NCBI GenBank assembly: GCA_964343385.1
Contig: CAYFJH010000001.1
Location: forward strand, 1-63,088
Origin: an uncultured Novosphingobium sp.
GTDB lineage: Bacteria > Pseudomonadota > Alphaproteobacteria > Sphingomonadales > Sphingomonadaceae
DNA length: 63,088 nt
Direction of reading: 5' to 3'
The position numbers and the translations under genes were made by a program. The stretch's first letter is position 1. Each line of letters starts with the position of its first letter. Below the pieces are notes generated by a model, which was not told where the DNA came from, ran no database searches, and worked only from the letters and a program-made list of their open reading frames with translations. This document shows, in pieces, positions 30,128 to 41,868 of the stretch.

Positions 30128-31051
30128 ATGTGGGAATATACCGACAAGGTTAAGGACTATTTCTTCAACCCCAAGAACTCGGGGATCATGGAAGACGCCA
30201 GCGGCGTTGGCGATGTCGGCGCGCTGAGCTGCGGCGACGCGCTGCGCCTGATGATCAAGGTTTCCGAACCCGAACAGCGCATCATCGATGCCAAGTTCCA
30301 GACCTTCGGCTGCGGATCGGCGATTGCATCTTCATCGGCGCTGACCGAACTGATCATCGGCAAGACGGTGGAAGAGGCGCTGCAGCTAAGCAACCAGGAC
30401 ATCGCAGATTTCCTTGGCGGGCTGCCACCCGAGAAGATGCACTGCTCGGTCATGGGTTATGAAGCGCTGCACGCCGCCGTCGCCAATTATCGCGGCGAAG
30501 TGTGGGTTGACGATCACGAGGAAGGCGCGCTGATCTGCAAATGCTTCGGCGTGGACGAAGGCATGATCGAGCGCACGATACGCGGCAATGCGCTGACCAG
30601 CATCGAGGAAATCACCAACTATACCAAGGCCGGCGGCGGGTGCTCCACCTGCGCCGACAGCCTTGAGGACGTGCTTGAGCGGGTCAACGGCGAAATGGTT
30701 GCCGAGAGCGTCCTTTCCGCAGAACTGGCCTTCGACCGCGCCGCTTTCGTCCGCCCGGTCAAGAAGGGCAAGATCGTCAACAATGCCACGGGACAAGTCT
30801 CTACGCCGTTGACGATGTTGCAGAAGATCAAGCTGATCGAGCAGGCAATCGAGGCGGTCCGCCCCAGCCTGCAGCGTGACGGTGGCGATTGCGAACTCGT
30901 CGATGTCGATGGCAACCGCGTGATGGTGAAGCTCAGCGGTGCCTGCGTTGGCTGCCACTTGTCCGGCGCCACCATCGAAGGGGTCCAGGCCAAGTTGATC
31001 GAGGCCGTCGGCGTGCCGCTGATCGTCGTCCCCGTCACCCAGTATCACTGA
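30128..31051 (+). CDS. nifU: Fe-S scaffold NifU
   Basis: [29 protein letters not shown], central BFD domain, GACVGC. Confidence 0.97.
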   Translation: MWEYTDKVKDYFFNPKNSGIMEDASGVGDVGALSCGDALRLMIKVSEPEQRIIDAKFQTFGCGSAIASSSALTELIIGKTVEEALQLSNQDIADFLGGLPPEKMHCSVMGYEALHAAVANYRGEVWVDDHEEGALICKCFGVDEGMIERTIRGNALTSIEEITNYTKAGGGCSTCADSLEDVLERVNGEMVAESVLSAELAFDRAAFVRPVKKGKIVNNATGQVSTPLTMLQKIKLIEQAIEAVRPSLQRDGGDCELVDVDGNRVMVKLSGACVGCHLSGATIEGVQAKLIEAVGVPLIVVPVTQYH

Positions 31052-31062
31052 GGGAACCTGCC

Positions 31063-32265
31063 ATGATCCCGGTGTATCTTGATAACAACGCAACCACCCG
31101 CACCGATCCCGAAGTGGTGCAGGCCATGCTGCCCTATTTCACCGAACAGTTCGGCAACGCATCATCGATGCACGCCTTCGGAGCAGAAGTGGGTACGGCG
31201 CTGGCAAACGCGCGCAAGCAGCTTCAAGCCCTGCTTGGTGCCGCTTTCGATCACGAAATCGTCTATATGTCGAGTGGGACCGAAGCCGACAACAGCGCGA
31301 TCATGTCGGCGCTGGAAACCCAGGGCGGTCGCGACGAGATCATCACCTCGTCCGTTGAACATCCCGCCGTTCTGACCATGGTCGCACATCTTGAAAAGAC
31401 GCGCGGGATCAAGGTCCACGTGATCGGCGTGGACGCGCGCGGTCGGCTGGACATGGACGCCTATCGCAACGCGCTCGGGCCGAAGACGGCAACCGTTTCG
31501 ATCATGTGGGCCAACAACGAAACCGGCACGATCTTCCCGGTCGAGCGGCTGGCCGAACTGGCCCACGAAGCTGGCGCGCTGTTCCACACCGATGCCGTGC
31601 AGGCGGTCGGCAAAATCCCGATCAACCTTTCGGAAAGCGAGATCGACATGCTCTCGCTGTCGGGCCACAAGCTGCACGGTCCCAAGGGCATCGGCGCGCT
31701 CTATGTGCGCAAGGGTGTGCGCTTCCGCCCGCTGATCCGGGGTGGCCACCAGGAACGCGGGCGACGCGCCGGGACCGAGAACGCGCCTGCGATCATCGGC
31801 CTGGGCAAGGCTGCGGAACTGGCGCTGGCGCACATGGACGATGAACGCACGCGCGTTGCAGGCCTGCGCGACAGGCTCGAACAAGGACTGCTTCAGCGCA
31901 TCGGCAACAGCTTCGTCACCGGCGACCCTGAAAACCGGTTGCCCAACACCGCCAATGTCGCATTCGAATATATCGAGGGCGAGGCAATCCTGCTGCTGAT
32001 GAACCGCGATGGTATCGCCGCCTCGTCGGGGTCCGCATGCACATCCGGCTCGCTCGAACCCAGCCACGTCCTGCGGGCGATGAACATACCCTATACCGCC
32101 GCCCACGGGGCGATCCGCTTCTCGTTCAGCCGCGAGAACACCGACGAGGACGTTGACCGGGTGCTCGAAGTGATGCCGCCCGTGATCGAACGCCTGCGCG
32201 AGATGTCGCCATTCTGGCGCGAGCGGGACGTCCGTGTCGCCGAATTCAAGCCGACTTACGCCTGA
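31063..32265 (+). CDS. nifS: cysteine desulfurase NifS
   Basis: YLDNNATT, SGHKLHGPKG, SSGSACTSGS. Confidence 0.97.
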   Translation: MIPVYLDNNATTRTDPEVVQAMLPYFTEQFGNASSMHAFGAEVGTALANARKQLQALLGAAFDHEIVYMSSGTEADNSAIMSALETQGGRDEIITSSVEHPAVLTMVAHLEKTRGIKVHVIGVDARGRLDMDAYRNALGPKTATVSIMWANNETGTIFPVERLAELAHEAGALFHTDAVQAVGKIPINLSESEIDMLSLSGHKLHGPKGIGALYVRKGVRFRPLIRGGHQERGRRAGTENAPAIIGLGKAAELALAHMDDERTRVAGLRDRLEQGLLQRIGNSFVTGDPENRLPNTANVAFEYIEGEAILLLMNRDGIAASSGSACTSGSLEPSHVLRAMNIPYTAAHGAIRFSFSRENTDEDVDRVLEVMPPVIERLREMSPFWRERDVRVAEFKPTYA

Positions 32266-32278
32266 CGGAGTGAAAGCC

Positions 32279-33442
32279 ATGCCGCTCGCCCTGCCCCCGG
32301 TCATCATCAACGACAGCACCCTGCGCGATGGCGAGCAGGCCCCTGGCGTCGCCTTCACCGCGCCTGAGAAAGTCGCCATCGCCTGCGCGCTCGACGCGGC
32401 GGGTGTCGATGAGATCGAGGCGGGCATTCCCGCGATGGGCGGGCAGGAAATCGCGACCCTGCTCGCCATTGGCGAGGCCGTGGAAAATGCCGCCGTCATC
32501 GCTTGGTGCCGGATGATGCCCGAGGACGTGGATGCCGCGCTGCTCAGCGGTGTCGAGCGCGTCCATTTGTCAGTGCCGGTTTCCGACCGCCAGATCCGCG
32601 CCAAGTTCGGCAGCGGACGCAGGGACGTGCTGGACCGGATCGCCCGCGTCGTGCCGTATGCCCTTGATCACGGGCTTGCCGTCTCGGTTGGCGGCGAGGA
32701 CGCCAGCCGCGCCGACAGCGATTTCCTCAAGCGGGTGGTGGTTGCGATCGAGGCGGCGGGCGGGCATCGGTTCCGCTATGCCGATACGCTGGGCGTGCTC
32801 GATCCGTTTGCCACCTACGATGCGTTCCGGGGGCTTTGCGCCGAAACCGATCTGGAACTGGAATTTCACGGGCACGATGACCTCGGCCTTGCCACGGCCA
32901 ATACACTGGCCGCGATCCGGGGCGGCGCGACCCACGCCAGCGTCTGTGTGCTGGGCCTGGGTGAGCGCGCGGGCAATGCTGCTCTGGAAGAGGTCGTGAC
33001 CGCCCTGCGCGAAATACAGGGGCGCGGAAGCAACGTCTCGCTCTCGCGCCTCGGCCCGCTGGCCGACATGGTGGCGCAAGCGGCGCGCCGCCCGATCCAC
33101 GAATCCAAGTCGATCGTCGGCGGAAGCGCGTTCTCTCACGAATCCGGCATCCATGTGTCCGGGCTGCTTCACGACGTCGGAACGTACGAAGCGCTCGATC
33201 CTGCCATTTTCGGTCGTCGGCACGAAATCGTGCTGGGCAAGCACAGCGGCGGCGCGGCCATCCGCACCATGTTGCGCTCGATCGGCCTCGAAAGCGATCA
33301 TCAGCGCGTCGGCGCCATTCTCGATGCGGTGCGCGCCCGCGCCATGCGCGAAAAGCGGGCCGTAACCATGGATGAACTAGCAGACTTTCACGCCGCCACA
33401 ATCGCGCCGCAGGGCGGTATCTTCGCCGAGGCGCGGGTTTGA
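32279..33442 (+). CDS. nifV: homocitrate synthase NifV
   Basis: [34 protein letters not shown]. Confidence 0.95.
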   Translation: MPLALPPVIINDSTLRDGEQAPGVAFTAPEKVAIACALDAAGVDEIEAGIPAMGGQEIATLLAIGEAVENAAVIAWCRMMPEDVDAALLSGVERVHLSVPVSDRQIRAKFGSGRRDVLDRIARVVPYALDHGLAVSVGGEDASRADSDFLKRVVVAIEAAGGHRFRYADTLGVLDPFATYDAFRGLCAETDLELEFHGHDDLGLATANTLAAIRGGATHASVCVLGLGERAGNAALEEVVTALREIQGRGSNVSLSRLGPLADMVAQAARRPIHESKSIVGGSAFSHESGIHVSGLLHDVGTYEALDPAIFGRRHEIVLGKHSGGAAIRTMLRSIGLESDHQRVGAILDAVRARAMREKRAVTMDELADFHAATIAPQGGIFAEARV

Positions 33443-34134
33443 TGGAACTCTGGCGCCAGATCGCGGATGACGTTCGCTGCGTTGCCGCCCGCGATCCGGC
33501 GGCGGGCAGCCAATTGGAAATCGTCCTGACCTATCCGGGCGTCCATGCCGTCATCTGGCACCGTTTCGCCCATCGCCTGTGGCGCGCGGGCCTGGGGTTC
33601 CCTGCCCGCTTCGTCTCGTGGTTCGCGCGGGCATTGACCAATGTCGATATCCATCCGGCGGCAACGATCGGCGAACGGTTCTTCATCGATCATGGCGCGG
33701 GCGTGGTGATTGGCGAAACGGCCGAGATCGGCGATGATGTCACACTATATCACGGCGTCACCCTTGGCGGCACCAGCTGGTCGCCGGGCAAGCGGCACCC
33801 CACGCTGGAAAACGGCGTACTGGTCGGCTGCGGTGCCAAGATTCTCGGCCCAATCACGATCGGCGCAGGCGCAAGGATCGGCGCGAACAGTGTCGTGGTC
33901 GAAACCGTGCCGCCCGGCATGACGGTCGTCGGCATTCCCGGCCGGGTGGTGGTCGATCCGCGCGAACGCCGGGTCATCGGCGGACGCATCGATCTGTCGC
34001 ACCACCTGATGCCCGATCCCGTGGGCGAGGCGCTGACCGAATTGCTGGATCGCATCGACTTCCTCGAAGCCAGGCTTGCCCACCGCGACAACGTCCGACG
34101 TGAGAACAGGGAGACAGCCCGTGAACGCGCTTGA
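33442..34134 (+). CDS. cysE: serine O-acetyltransferase (NifP)
   Basis: RDPAA, DIHPAA.IG, FIDHG.GVVIGET, KRHPT. Confidence 0.95.
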   Translation: MELWRQIADDVRCVAARDPAAGSQLEIVLTYPGVHAVIWHRFAHRLWRAGLGFPARFVSWFARALTNVDIHPAATIGERFFIDHGAGVVIGETAEIGDDVTLYHGVTLGGTSWSPGKRHPTLENGVLVGCGAKILGPITIGAGARIGANSVVVETVPPGMTVVGIPGRVVVDPRERRVIGGRIDLSHHLMPDPVGEALTELLDRIDFLEARLAHRDNVRRENRETARERA

Positions 34135-34462
34135 AGACCTGCAGGGCCTTTCCAGCGCCGAGGAGTTCTTCGACTACCTTGCCGTGCCTTATGTGCCGGA
34201 GGTGGTGCAAGTCGCGCGGCTCCACATCCTGCGCCGCATGGGGCAGTACCTGAACGGGGACGATGTGCAGCAGGCGCTTGCCGCTGCCGACGAGGCCGCG
34301 CTGTTTGCATTGTGCAAGGCGCATCTGGCCAAGGCCTACGACGATTTCGTCGCCTCCTCGCCCATCGCCGAGCGTCTGTTCAAGGTTCATCAGGACGCGA
34401 TCCTGCCGAAACAGGCACCGTCCTTGCCGTTCGTCCCGCTGACCGCCCTGACGCAGGAATAA
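34121..34462 (+). CDS. nifW: NifW
   Basis: [29 protein letters not shown]. Confidence 0.92.
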   Translation: MNALEDLQGLSSAEEFFDYLAVPYVPEVVQVARLHILRRMGQYLNGDDVQQALAAADEAALFALCKAHLAKAYDDFVASSPIAERLFKVHQDAILPKQAPSLPFVPLTALTQE

Positions 34463-34466
34463 AGCC

Positions 34467-35321
34467 ATGCACATCGTCGTCTGCATCAAACAGGTTCCCG
34501 ACAGCGCGCAGATCCGCGTCCACCCGGTCCACAACACCATCATGCGGCAGGGCGTGCCGACGATCATCAACCCCTATGACCTGTTCGCGCTCGAAGAGGC
34601 GCTTCGCCTGCGCGACAAGCTGGGCGGAGAAGTGACCGTGCTGACGATGGGACCGCCCACAGCCTCCGAATCGCTGCGCAAGGCGCTGACGTTCGGCGCG
34701 GACCGCGCCGTGCTGCTCACCGATCGCTACTTCGCCGGTTCCGACACCCTCGCCACCAGCTATGCACTTGCAACGGCGCTGCAGAAAATCGCCGCCGAAT
34801 TCGGCGCGCCCGATATCGTGTTCACGGGCAAGCAGACGATCGACGGTGATACCGCGCAAGTCGGACCCGGCATCGCCAAGCGGCTCGATTACAACCAGCT
34901 CACTTATGTTGCGCGCATCGTCGCGACCGATCTCGATGCCGGCACGATCACGGTCGAACGCCGTGCCGAAGGCGGCACGCAAGTGCTGCTTTCGCGCCTG
35001 CCCGCGCTGATCACCATGCTGGAAGCGACCAATGAAATGCGGCGCGGTTCGATCGAAAAGGCCCTTGCCGCCGCCAGCGCCGAGGTCATCACCTGGAACG
35101 CCACCGACATCGGCGTGACCGACCTTGCCAAGTGTGGGCTGCGCGGTTCGCCGACCATCGTGAAGAAGGTTTTCGCACCGGGTGCCCGCAGCGAAAAAGC
35201 CAGCTTCATCGAGGCCGAAGGCGGTCCTGACCTCCTGGCCGATGCCATCATCTCAGCACTCTTCGCGCGCGCTCCGGCGGTCGAATCCGACCTGCTTGAA
35301 TTCGCCGCGACGCAATATTGA
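34467..35321 (+). CDS. fixA: ETF beta subunit FixA
   Basis: [26 protein letters not shown]. Confidence 0.96.
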   Translation: MHIVVCIKQVPDSAQIRVHPVHNTIMRQGVPTIINPYDLFALEEALRLRDKLGGEVTVLTMGPPTASESLRKALTFGADRAVLLTDRYFAGSDTLATSYALATALQKIAAEFGAPDIVFTGKQTIDGDTAQVGPGIAKRLDYNQLTYVARIVATDLDAGTITVERRAEGGTQVLLSRLPALITMLEATNEMRRGSIEKALAAASAEVITWNATDIGVTDLAKCGLRGSPTIVKKVFAPGARSEKASFIEAEGGPDLLADAIISALFARAPAVESDLLEFAATQY

Positions 35322-35335
35322 AAGGGAGCAGGTCC

Positions 35336-36436
35336 ATGTCCGAAGACGCCAAGCCAGCCCCGCCCGCCGCTAGCAGTCGGGCAGGCACCAAGAAGGAACT
35401 GCCCGAACACTTCAAGGCCTACAAGCATGTGTGGGTCGCGATGGAAATCGAGCACAGCCAGGTCCACAGCGTCTCGTTCGAACTGCTGGGCGAAGGGCGC
35501 AAGCTGGCCGACAAGCGCGGGGTCGAACTGGGCGCTGTGGTGATGGGCGACGATCGTGTCTCGCTCGAAGCGGCTGCGGCGCAGGCGTTCGAATATGGTG
35601 CCGATGTGGTCTATGTCGTCTGCCATCCCACCCTCGCGCATTATCGCAACGAAGTGGCGACGCGAGTGATGACCGACCTTGTCAACACCTACCAGCCCGA
35701 AATCCTGCTGCTGGGCGCGACCAATCTTGGCCGTGACCTTGCAGGCTCGGTCGCCACCACGCTGCTGACCGGGCTGACCGCCGATTGCACCGACCTTGAG
35801 ATCGACGAGGAAGGCTCGCTTGCCGCCACGCGCCCTACATTCGGCGGATCGCTGCTGTGCACGATCTTCACGCTCAACTTCCGCCCGCAGATGGCCACGG
35901 TGCGTCCGCGCGTTCTGGCCATGCCGGAACCGAATCCGGGCCGCACCGGGCGCGTGATCGAACATGTGTTGGACCTGAACGAGGACGACATCGTCACCAA
36001 GGTCCTGCAATTCATCGCAGACCGCGACAGCGACACGGCCCAGTTGCCTTATGCCGACATCGTCGTGGCGGGCGGGCTGGGACTGCGCTCCGCCGAGAAT
36101 TTCCGGCTGGTGCGCGAACTGGCACAAGTGCTGGGTGCCGAATACGGCGGATCGCGCCCGCTGGTCCAGAAAGGCTGGATCACGGCAGATCGCCAGATCG
36201 GCCAGACCGGCAAGACCATCCGCCCTCGCCTCTACATCGCGGCAGGAATCTCGGGCGCGATCCAGCATCGCGTCGGCGTTGAGGGATCGGACCTGATCAT
36301 CGCGATCAACACCGATGCCAACGCCCCGATCTTCGAATTCGCGCACCTCGGCATCGTCGCCGATGCCATCACCCTTTTACCGGCATTGACCGAGGCATTC
36401 ACCAAACGCCTGCGCGTCAACCGCCTGGCCAGTTGA
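35336..36436 (+). CDS. fixB: ETF alpha subunit FixB
   Basis: [20 protein letters not shown]. Confidence 0.96.
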   Translation: MSEDAKPAPPAASSRAGTKKELPEHFKAYKHVWVAMEIEHSQVHSVSFELLGEGRKLADKRGVELGAVVMGDDRVSLEAAAAQAFEYGADVVYVVCHPTLAHYRNEVATRVMTDLVNTYQPEILLLGATNLGRDLAGSVATTLLTGLTADCTDLEIDEEGSLAATRPTFGGSLLCTIFTLNFRPQMATVRPRVLAMPEPNPGRTGRVIEHVLDLNEDDIVTKVLQFIADRDSDTAQLPYADIVVAGGLGLRSAENFRLVRELAQVLGAEYGGSRPLVQKGWITADRQIGQTGKTIRPRLYIAAGISGAIQHRVGVEGSDLIIAINTDANAPIFEFAHLGIVADAITLLPALTEAFTKRLRVNRLAS

Positions 36437-36452
36437 ACAGGGAGCCGCCGAC

Positions 36453-37760
36453 ATGGCCGACCAGACCTTTGATGTGATCGTGGTGGGGGCAGGCCCCTCA
36501 GGCAATGCGGCCGCCTATACCATGGCAAAAAACGGCCTGAACGTGCTCCAGATCGAGCGCGGCGAGTATTCCGGCTCGAAGAACGTCCAGGGCGCGATTC
36601 TCTACGCCGATGCGCTGGAAAAGATCATCCCGGATTTCCGCGAGGATGCTCCGCTCGAACGGCATGTGATCGAACAGCGCATGTGGACTATGGACGATAG
36701 CAGCCACACCGGCATGCACTATCGTTCGAACGACTTCAACGAAGAGAAGCCCAACCGCTACACCATCCTGCGCGCGCAGTTCGACAAATGGTTCTCCTCC
36801 AAGGTCAAGGAAGCGGGCGCGACCGTGCTGTGCGAGACGACCGTGACCGAGCTGGTGACGGACCTCCATAACAAGGTCATCGGCGTTCGCACGGATCGCG
36901 GCGGCGCGCCGATCATGGCCAGCGTGGTGATCCTTGCCGAAGGGGTGAACGGGCTGGTGGGCGAACGCTCAGGCCTGCGCCCGGTCGTATCGGCCGACAG
37001 CGTGGCATTGGCCGTGAAGGAAATGCACTTCCTCTCGCGCGAAACGATAGAGGCTCGGTTCAACCTTTCGGGCAATGAAGGTGTGGTGATCGAAGCGATG
37101 GGCACGATCACCAATGGCATGACCGGGACTGGGTTTCTCTACACCAACGAGGAATCGATTTCGGTCGGCATCGGCTGCATCGTGTCGGACTTCGCTGAAA
37201 GTGACGTGACGCCCTATGCGCTGCTCGAAGCGTTCAAGAACCACCCTTCGATCAAGCCGCTGCTGGCAGGCAGCGAGTGCAAGGAATACGCCGCGCACCT
37301 GATCCCAGAGGGCGGCTATAAATCCATCCCCCAACTGGTTGGCGATGGCTGGATCGTGGTTGGCGATGCCGGGCAATTCGTCAACGCGGTGCACCGCGAA
37401 GGATCGAACCTGGCGATGACCACCGGACGCATTGCGGCTGAAACCGTCACGTGGCTGCACCGCCGCCGCGAGGAGCCGAGCAAGGCCAACCTTGCCGAAT
37501 ACGAAAAACGGCTGGCCGACACTTTCGTGATCAAGGACCTCAGGAAATACCGGGGCATTCCGGCGCTACTGCACAACAACAAGCAGAACTTCTTTGGGCT
37601 TTATCCGCGCCTTATCAGCCAGGCGATGCAGACCTGGTTCCGCGTCGATGGCGTGGACAAAGTCAGCAAGGAAAAGGAAATTTTCCGCTCGTTCCGTTCG
37701 ACGCGGACACTGTTCGGCATGATCGGCGATGCCTTCCGCCTCGTGCGGGCATGGCGCTAA
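36453..37760 (+). CDS. fixC: FAD oxidoreductase FixC
   Basis: [30 protein letters not shown]. Confidence 0.96.
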   Translation: MADQTFDVIVVGAGPSGNAAAYTMAKNGLNVLQIERGEYSGSKNVQGAILYADALEKIIPDFREDAPLERHVIEQRMWTMDDSSHTGMHYRSNDFNEEKPNRYTILRAQFDKWFSSKVKEAGATVLCETTVTELVTDLHNKVIGVRTDRGGAPIMASVVILAEGVNGLVGERSGLRPVVSADSVALAVKEMHFLSRETIEARFNLSGNEGVVIEAMGTITNGMTGTGFLYTNEESISVGIGCIVSDFAESDVTPYALLEAFKNHPSIKPLLAGSECKEYAAHLIPEGGYKSIPQLVGDGWIVVGDAGQFVNAVHREGSNLAMTTGRIAAETVTWLHRRREEPSKANLAEYEKRLADTFVIKDLRKYRGIPALLHNNKQNFFGLYPRLISQAMQTWFRVDGVDKVSKEKEIFRSFRSTRTLFGMIGDAFRLVRAWR

Positions 37761-37772
37761 GGGAGACTTTCG

Positions 37773-38084
37773 ATGAGCGAAATTACAATCCCGGGCATTG
37801 CTCCGGTCAAAGTCGAGGAAAAGCTGTTCCAGAACCGCTACCTCGTCGACGTGGGCCGGCCGCACATCAAGATCAGGCCGCATGAAACCCCGTCCACCGG
37901 GTTGCTGGCAATGACGCACTTGTGCCCGGCCGGATGCTATTCCGTCTCGGACACGGGACAGGTCGAAATCAGCGCCGATGGCTGTGTCGAATGTGGGACA
38001 TGCCGCATCGTCACCGCTGGCACCGGGGACCTCGAATGGAATTATCCGCGTGGCGGCTTTGGCGTTCTGTACAAGTTCGGTTGA
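37773..38084 (+). CDS. fixX: ferredoxin-like FixX
   Basis: [33 protein letters not shown]. Confidence 0.95.
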   Translation: MSEITIPGIAPVKVEEKLFQNRYLVDVGRPHIKIRPHETPSTGLLAMTHLCPAGCYSVSDTGQVEISADGCVECGTCRIVTAGTGDLEWNYPRGGFGVLYKFG

Positions 38085-38307
38085 AAGCGCGGCTTGCTCG
38101 ATTTAGCGCGCGCAGCATCGCAGACCCGGCCCAGCATATCCAGAATAACCGAACACTTGTGGATCCAGGCAAACACTTTGATTTTGCAATTGCGAACAAC
38201 ATGAACTTCTGCAATCCTTCGCCATTGGTCGCCCGAGTCCCTGCACCGCTTTTACGGGCAGGTCACAGCAGCAATGGAGAGGACCAGGCGAACGGAGGTC
38301 GTGTCGT

Positions 38308-40014
38308 ATGGTCGCATCACTTTCGAATGTCGCCCGGGCGCAACGCCCGATGAAGACTGCGCGCCATCGCTCGGATATTGCCCTGCGCGGTATCTACGAA
38401 ATCTCGAAGATACTCGTAATGCCAGGGCGGCTTGAAAACACGCTCGCCAATGTGCTGACGCTGCTGTCCAGCTTTCTCGATATGCACCATGGCATCGTCG
38501 CCCTGCTCGATCCGGCCGGTGATCCCCATACTGTCGTCGGCATGGGCTGGCGCGAAGAAAAGGCGCACGACTATTTTGGCCGGATGCCCGAACGCGCGGT
38601 CGGCCAGATCGTGACGACGGCGATGCCGGTCGTCGTGTCCAATGTCGCGACAAGCCCTCTGTTCGTCGGCTGGTCGCGCGATAGCGACGAAGGCCCGGCA
38701 GAGCGCGTGTCGTTCATCGGCGTGCCGATCAAGGACCGCGACCGGGTCATGGGCACGCTGACCATCGAACAGTTGTGGCGCGAGGACTCCCAATATCATT
38801 CGACCGATGAAGACGTGCGCTTCCTTACAATGGTCGCCAACCTCATCGGCCAGACCGTCCGCCTGATGGAAGTCGTCGGGCGCGACCGTGAACGGTTGAT
38901 GGCCCAGCAAAGCCTGCTCGAAAAGGAACTGTCCGGCAAATCAACGCCCGGTGCCGATCCGCGCAATGGCGGGATCGTGGGGCAGAGCCCGGTGCTGCGC
39001 GCGGTGCTCGACAAGATCCGCATCGTCGCCCGCAGCCATTCCACCTTGCTGCTGCGCGGTGAAAGCGGCACTGGCAAGGAACTTTTCGCCCGCGCCACGC
39101 ATGATTTCTCGCCCCGCGCAGGCAAGGCATTCGTCAAGCTCAACTGCGCGGCCCTGCCCGAATCCGTGCTTGAATCCGAACTGTTCGGCCACGAGAAAGG
39201 CTCGTTCACGGGGGCGGTGGCCCAGCGCAAGGGACGGTTTGAAATGGCCGATGGGGGAACACTGTTCCTCGACGAAATTGGCGACATTTCGCCTTCTTTC
39301 CAAGTCAAGCTCCTGCGCGTGCTGCAGGAAGGCGAATTCGAACGCGTCGGCGGCAACAAGACGCTGAAAGTCGATGTGCGGCTCGTCTGCGCCACGAACA
39401 AGAACCTTGAGGAAGCGGTCACAAAGGGCGAATTTCGGGCGGACCTCTATTACCGTATCAACGTGGTCACCATCCGGCTTCCCGCGCTACGCGAACGGCG
39501 CGATGACGTACCATTGCTCGCCCGCGAATTCCTGCGGCGGTTCGATGATGAACACCACACCTCGCACGGGCTGACGGCTTCTGCCTATGCCGTCCTCAAC
39601 AACTGCTATTTCCCCGGAAACGTCCGCGAACTGGAAAACTGCATCCGGCGCACCGCCACGCTTTCACGCGGTGAAGGCATCACCAACGATGATTTCGCCT
39701 GCCAGCACGACGAATGCCTCTCGGCGACATTGTGGAAGGGTGCGGTATCACCCCCGTTCCGGATCATCAGCCCGCCCCCGCGCGCCGAAGTTGCAGACCG
39801 GCCACCGCCCGGAGGCGATGCCGCGCCTTGCGGAAATGCCGACCTGTGCGAGCATGTCAAAGACAGCAATCTCAAGATTGACCGCGAACAGCTGATATCG
39901 GCGCTAGAGACAACCGGCTGGGTCCAGGCCAAAGCGGCGCGACTGCTGAAGGTAACGCCGCGCCAGATCGGCTATGCCCTGCGCAAGCATGGCATAGCGT
40001 TGAAGAAGATCTGA
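38308..40014 (+). CDS. nifA: nif-specific sigma54 activator NifA
   Basis: GAF domain, GESGTGKE, ESELFGHEKGSFTGA, Cys linker CQHDEC, HTH WVQAKAARLL. Confidence 0.97.
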   Translation: MVASLSNVARAQRPMKTARHRSDIALRGIYEISKILVMPGRLENTLANVLTLLSSFLDMHHGIVALLDPAGDPHTVVGMGWREEKAHDYFGRMPERAVGQIVTTAMPVVVSNVATSPLFVGWSRDSDEGPAERVSFIGVPIKDRDRVMGTLTIEQLWREDSQYHSTDEDVRFLTMVANLIGQTVRLMEVVGRDRERLMAQQSLLEKELSGKSTPGADPRNGGIVGQSPVLRAVLDKIRIVARSHSTLLLRGESGTGKELFARATHDFSPRAGKAFVKLNCAALPESVLESELFGHEKGSFTGAVAQRKGRFEMADGGTLFLDEIGDISPSFQVKLLRVLQEGEFERVGGNKTLKVDVRLVCATNKNLEEAVTKGEFRADLYYRINVVTIRLPALRERRDDVPLLAREFLRRFDDEHHTSHGLTASAYAVLNNCYFPGNVRELENCIRRTATLSRGEGITNDDFACQHDECLSATLWKGAVSPPFRIISPPPRAEVADRPPPGGDAAPCGNADLCEHVKDSNLKIDREQLISALETTGWVQAKAARLLKVTPRQIGYALRKHGIALKKI

Positions 40015-40022
40015 CGAAGGCT

Positions 40023-40763
40023 TCACCGTCGCGCCAGCGAGCGCAGAATCCCCTCGACATCGTCCTGCAGATCGATTTCCACAGCCGGTGCGCCCAGCAA
40101 CAGGATGTTGGCGATAAACGCCACGTCGTTGCGCGGCTCCTGCAGAGCCCCGCGCAGGATCGGCACGTTGGTTTCGATATGCGCCATGAAGGCGATACCC
40201 TTGTCGGCCACCTCCTCCCACTTCGCCCGCGTCCAGACCGCCAGCGGATAGAGTATTTCGGCCTTGAAGTTTGAACTTTGCGCCTTCTCCAGAAAACGCA
40301 AGCCGGTGTTCCACGCCTCGCCCCCGCGCATTGGCGGCGGCGCAATCTCGCCAGCCAGCATCTTCTTGCCCGCTTGCCCCACGAAATCGTCGAGCGTTAC
40401 CGGAGCGGGAATATCGCCGCGAAAGTGCCACAGCCCGAAGCTGCCCGGGAAATCCCTGCCAAACCGATCCTGCAGCGTCGCCTCGACGGTATCGACTGCC
40501 GCCCCGTCTCCTTTCATCGCCGCGGTCATGCAGAATGCCATCAGTGTGTCGTTGCCGATCTCGTGCACCGCGCCGTCAGACAGTTGCTGTGCGGTCAGCG
40601 GCGGGGGCGCGCAATCTGCCGGCGCAGTCGCCTCGCCCAGGCGCTGCGCGGTGAGGTGTGCGGTGATTTCCAGCCAGGGCAGATAGTGGACAACAAAAGC
40701 TTCGGGGTCGGCATGCACGATCGAAAGATTGAGCGGCTGCTTGCGCCGTGCCAGTTCGGACAT
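40023..40763 (-). CDS. hypothetical protein
   Basis: 246-codon ORF, RBS GGGGA, own sigma54 promoter. Confidence 0.7.
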   Translation of the reverse strand: MSELARRKQPLNLSIVHADPEAFVVHYLPWLEITAHLTAQRLGEATAPADCAPPPLTAQQLSDGAVHEIGNDTLMAFCMTAAMKGDGAAVDTVEATLQDRFGRDFPGSFGLWHFRGDIPAPVTLDDFVGQAGKKMLAGEIAPPPMRGGEAWNTGLRFLEKAQSSNFKAEILYPLAVWTRAKWEEVADKGIAFMAHIETNVPILRGALQEPRNDVAFIANILLLGAPAVEIDLQDDVEGILRSLARR

Positions 40764-40822
40764 GGATGTGTTCCCCGCAGGTTGCGCTACGGCCCGGTGC
40801 CGCGCGTCGGTTGCGCAAGCCA

Positions 40823-40838
40823 CGCAGCAATCGTGCCA
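40823..40838 (-). promoter_or_regulatory. sigma54 promoter
   Basis: Minus strand TGGCAC-gattg-CTGCG. Confidence 0.7.
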
Positions 40839-40856
40839 ATCCTCCGGAGGTTCCGT

Positions 40857-41255
40857 TCAATCAGCGCGGTTGCGCATCCAGTCGGCGAGTTTTGCTAGCA
40901 ACGCCAGAATTTCGTCTCGCGCTGCGTCGTCAGCAATGGTCTCATCAAGCGCAAGCCGCATGCACATCAGCCACGCGTCGCGCTCTGCATTGCCGATAGG
41001 GATGTGCATGTGCCGCTGGCGCATGCGCGGATGCCCCTTCTCCGGAGAATACAGCGCTGGCCCACCGGTCCACTCGGCAAGGTAGCGCTTGAGGTCTCGC
41101 TTGGTAGCGCCAAGATCGTCGGGATGCAGCGCACGGATGCCCCGCGCCTCCGGCAGGCTGTCCATGTGCCGGTAGAAACTTTCAACAAGGCCTTCGATGG
41201 CCGCAACACCACCAATACGCTCGAACATGGGCAGGATTTGCGTGGCTTCAGGCAT
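40857..41255 (-). CDS. group II truncated hemoglobin
   Basis: FERIGG..LVE.FY, W.GGP.LY..GHPRMR.RH, RDAWL.CM. Confidence 0.9.
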   Translation of the reverse strand: MPEATQILPMFERIGGVAAIEGLVESFYRHMDSLPEARGIRALHPDDLGATKRDLKRYLAEWTGGPALYSPEKGHPRMRQRHMHIPIGNAERDAWLMCMRLALDETIADDAARDEILALLAKLADWMRNRAD

Positions 41256-41571
41256 CGAAACTTTCCGTCACTGCCGCGCCTGATTCATTGAAGCATGCGC
41301 AAACAGGGCCTTCATCCAGCATCGCCACTTCCGCCACGGCCAGCGCTCCATTGCCGTGATAGGTATAGCGATGCTGCAATTCGACCTCGCCATAGACGAT
41401 CTTGTCGAAGCCGATAAGAGCGCCCCAATCATCGAACCATGCCCGGGTGAACGTGTTGCGATGGCCCAGGTGGGCATCGTCGATCTCGTCCACCAGGCGG
41501 AAAGGCAACTGCATCCCGGAATAGGTGATGAAATGGCGACACGTGAACATGGCGATGTCTGGCCTGTTCAT
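41248..41571 (-). CDS. DUF6156-like protein
   Basis: F.TYSG..LP..L, RNTF.RAW.D, K.VYGE.E..HRY.YH. Confidence 0.65.
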   Translation of the reverse strand: MNRPDIAMFTCRHFITYSGMQLPFRLVDEIDDAHLGHRNTFTRAWFDDWGALIGFDKIVYGEVELQHRYTYHGNGALAVAEVAMLDEGPVCACFNESGAAVTESFDA

Positions 41572-41572
41572 C

Positions 41573-41818
41573 TCAAAATCCTTCCGACGCCTTGCCCCAT
41601 GGGGTGGAGCCGGACACGAGCAGTGCCTTGATGCCGGCCTTTTCGATCGCTTCAAGCGACCGGTAAAATGTCGCTTCATGGACCAGCGCGCCGGTTTTCG
41701 TCAGGATCGCGACATAACGCGACGGGGCATCCACGTCGCAGACGTAGTCACCACCCGAGTCCAATGTGCTGCGCGCCTGCCCATTCCAGTCGACAAAGTA
41801 TCCTGCGTCCACGGACAT
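41573..41818 (-). CDS. small hypothetical protein
   Basis: MSVDAGYFVDWNG..HEATFY..AGI..PWG; RBS and operonic spacing. Confidence 0.65.
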   Translation of the reverse strand: MSVDAGYFVDWNGQARSTLDSGGDYVCDVDAPSRYVAILTKTGALVHEATFYRSLEAIEKAGIKALLVSGSTPWGKASEGF

Positions 41819-41868
41819 GGAGATTCCCTTCGCTTCGCTGTTCGTCCGGTTGCGGTCCACCTGATTGC

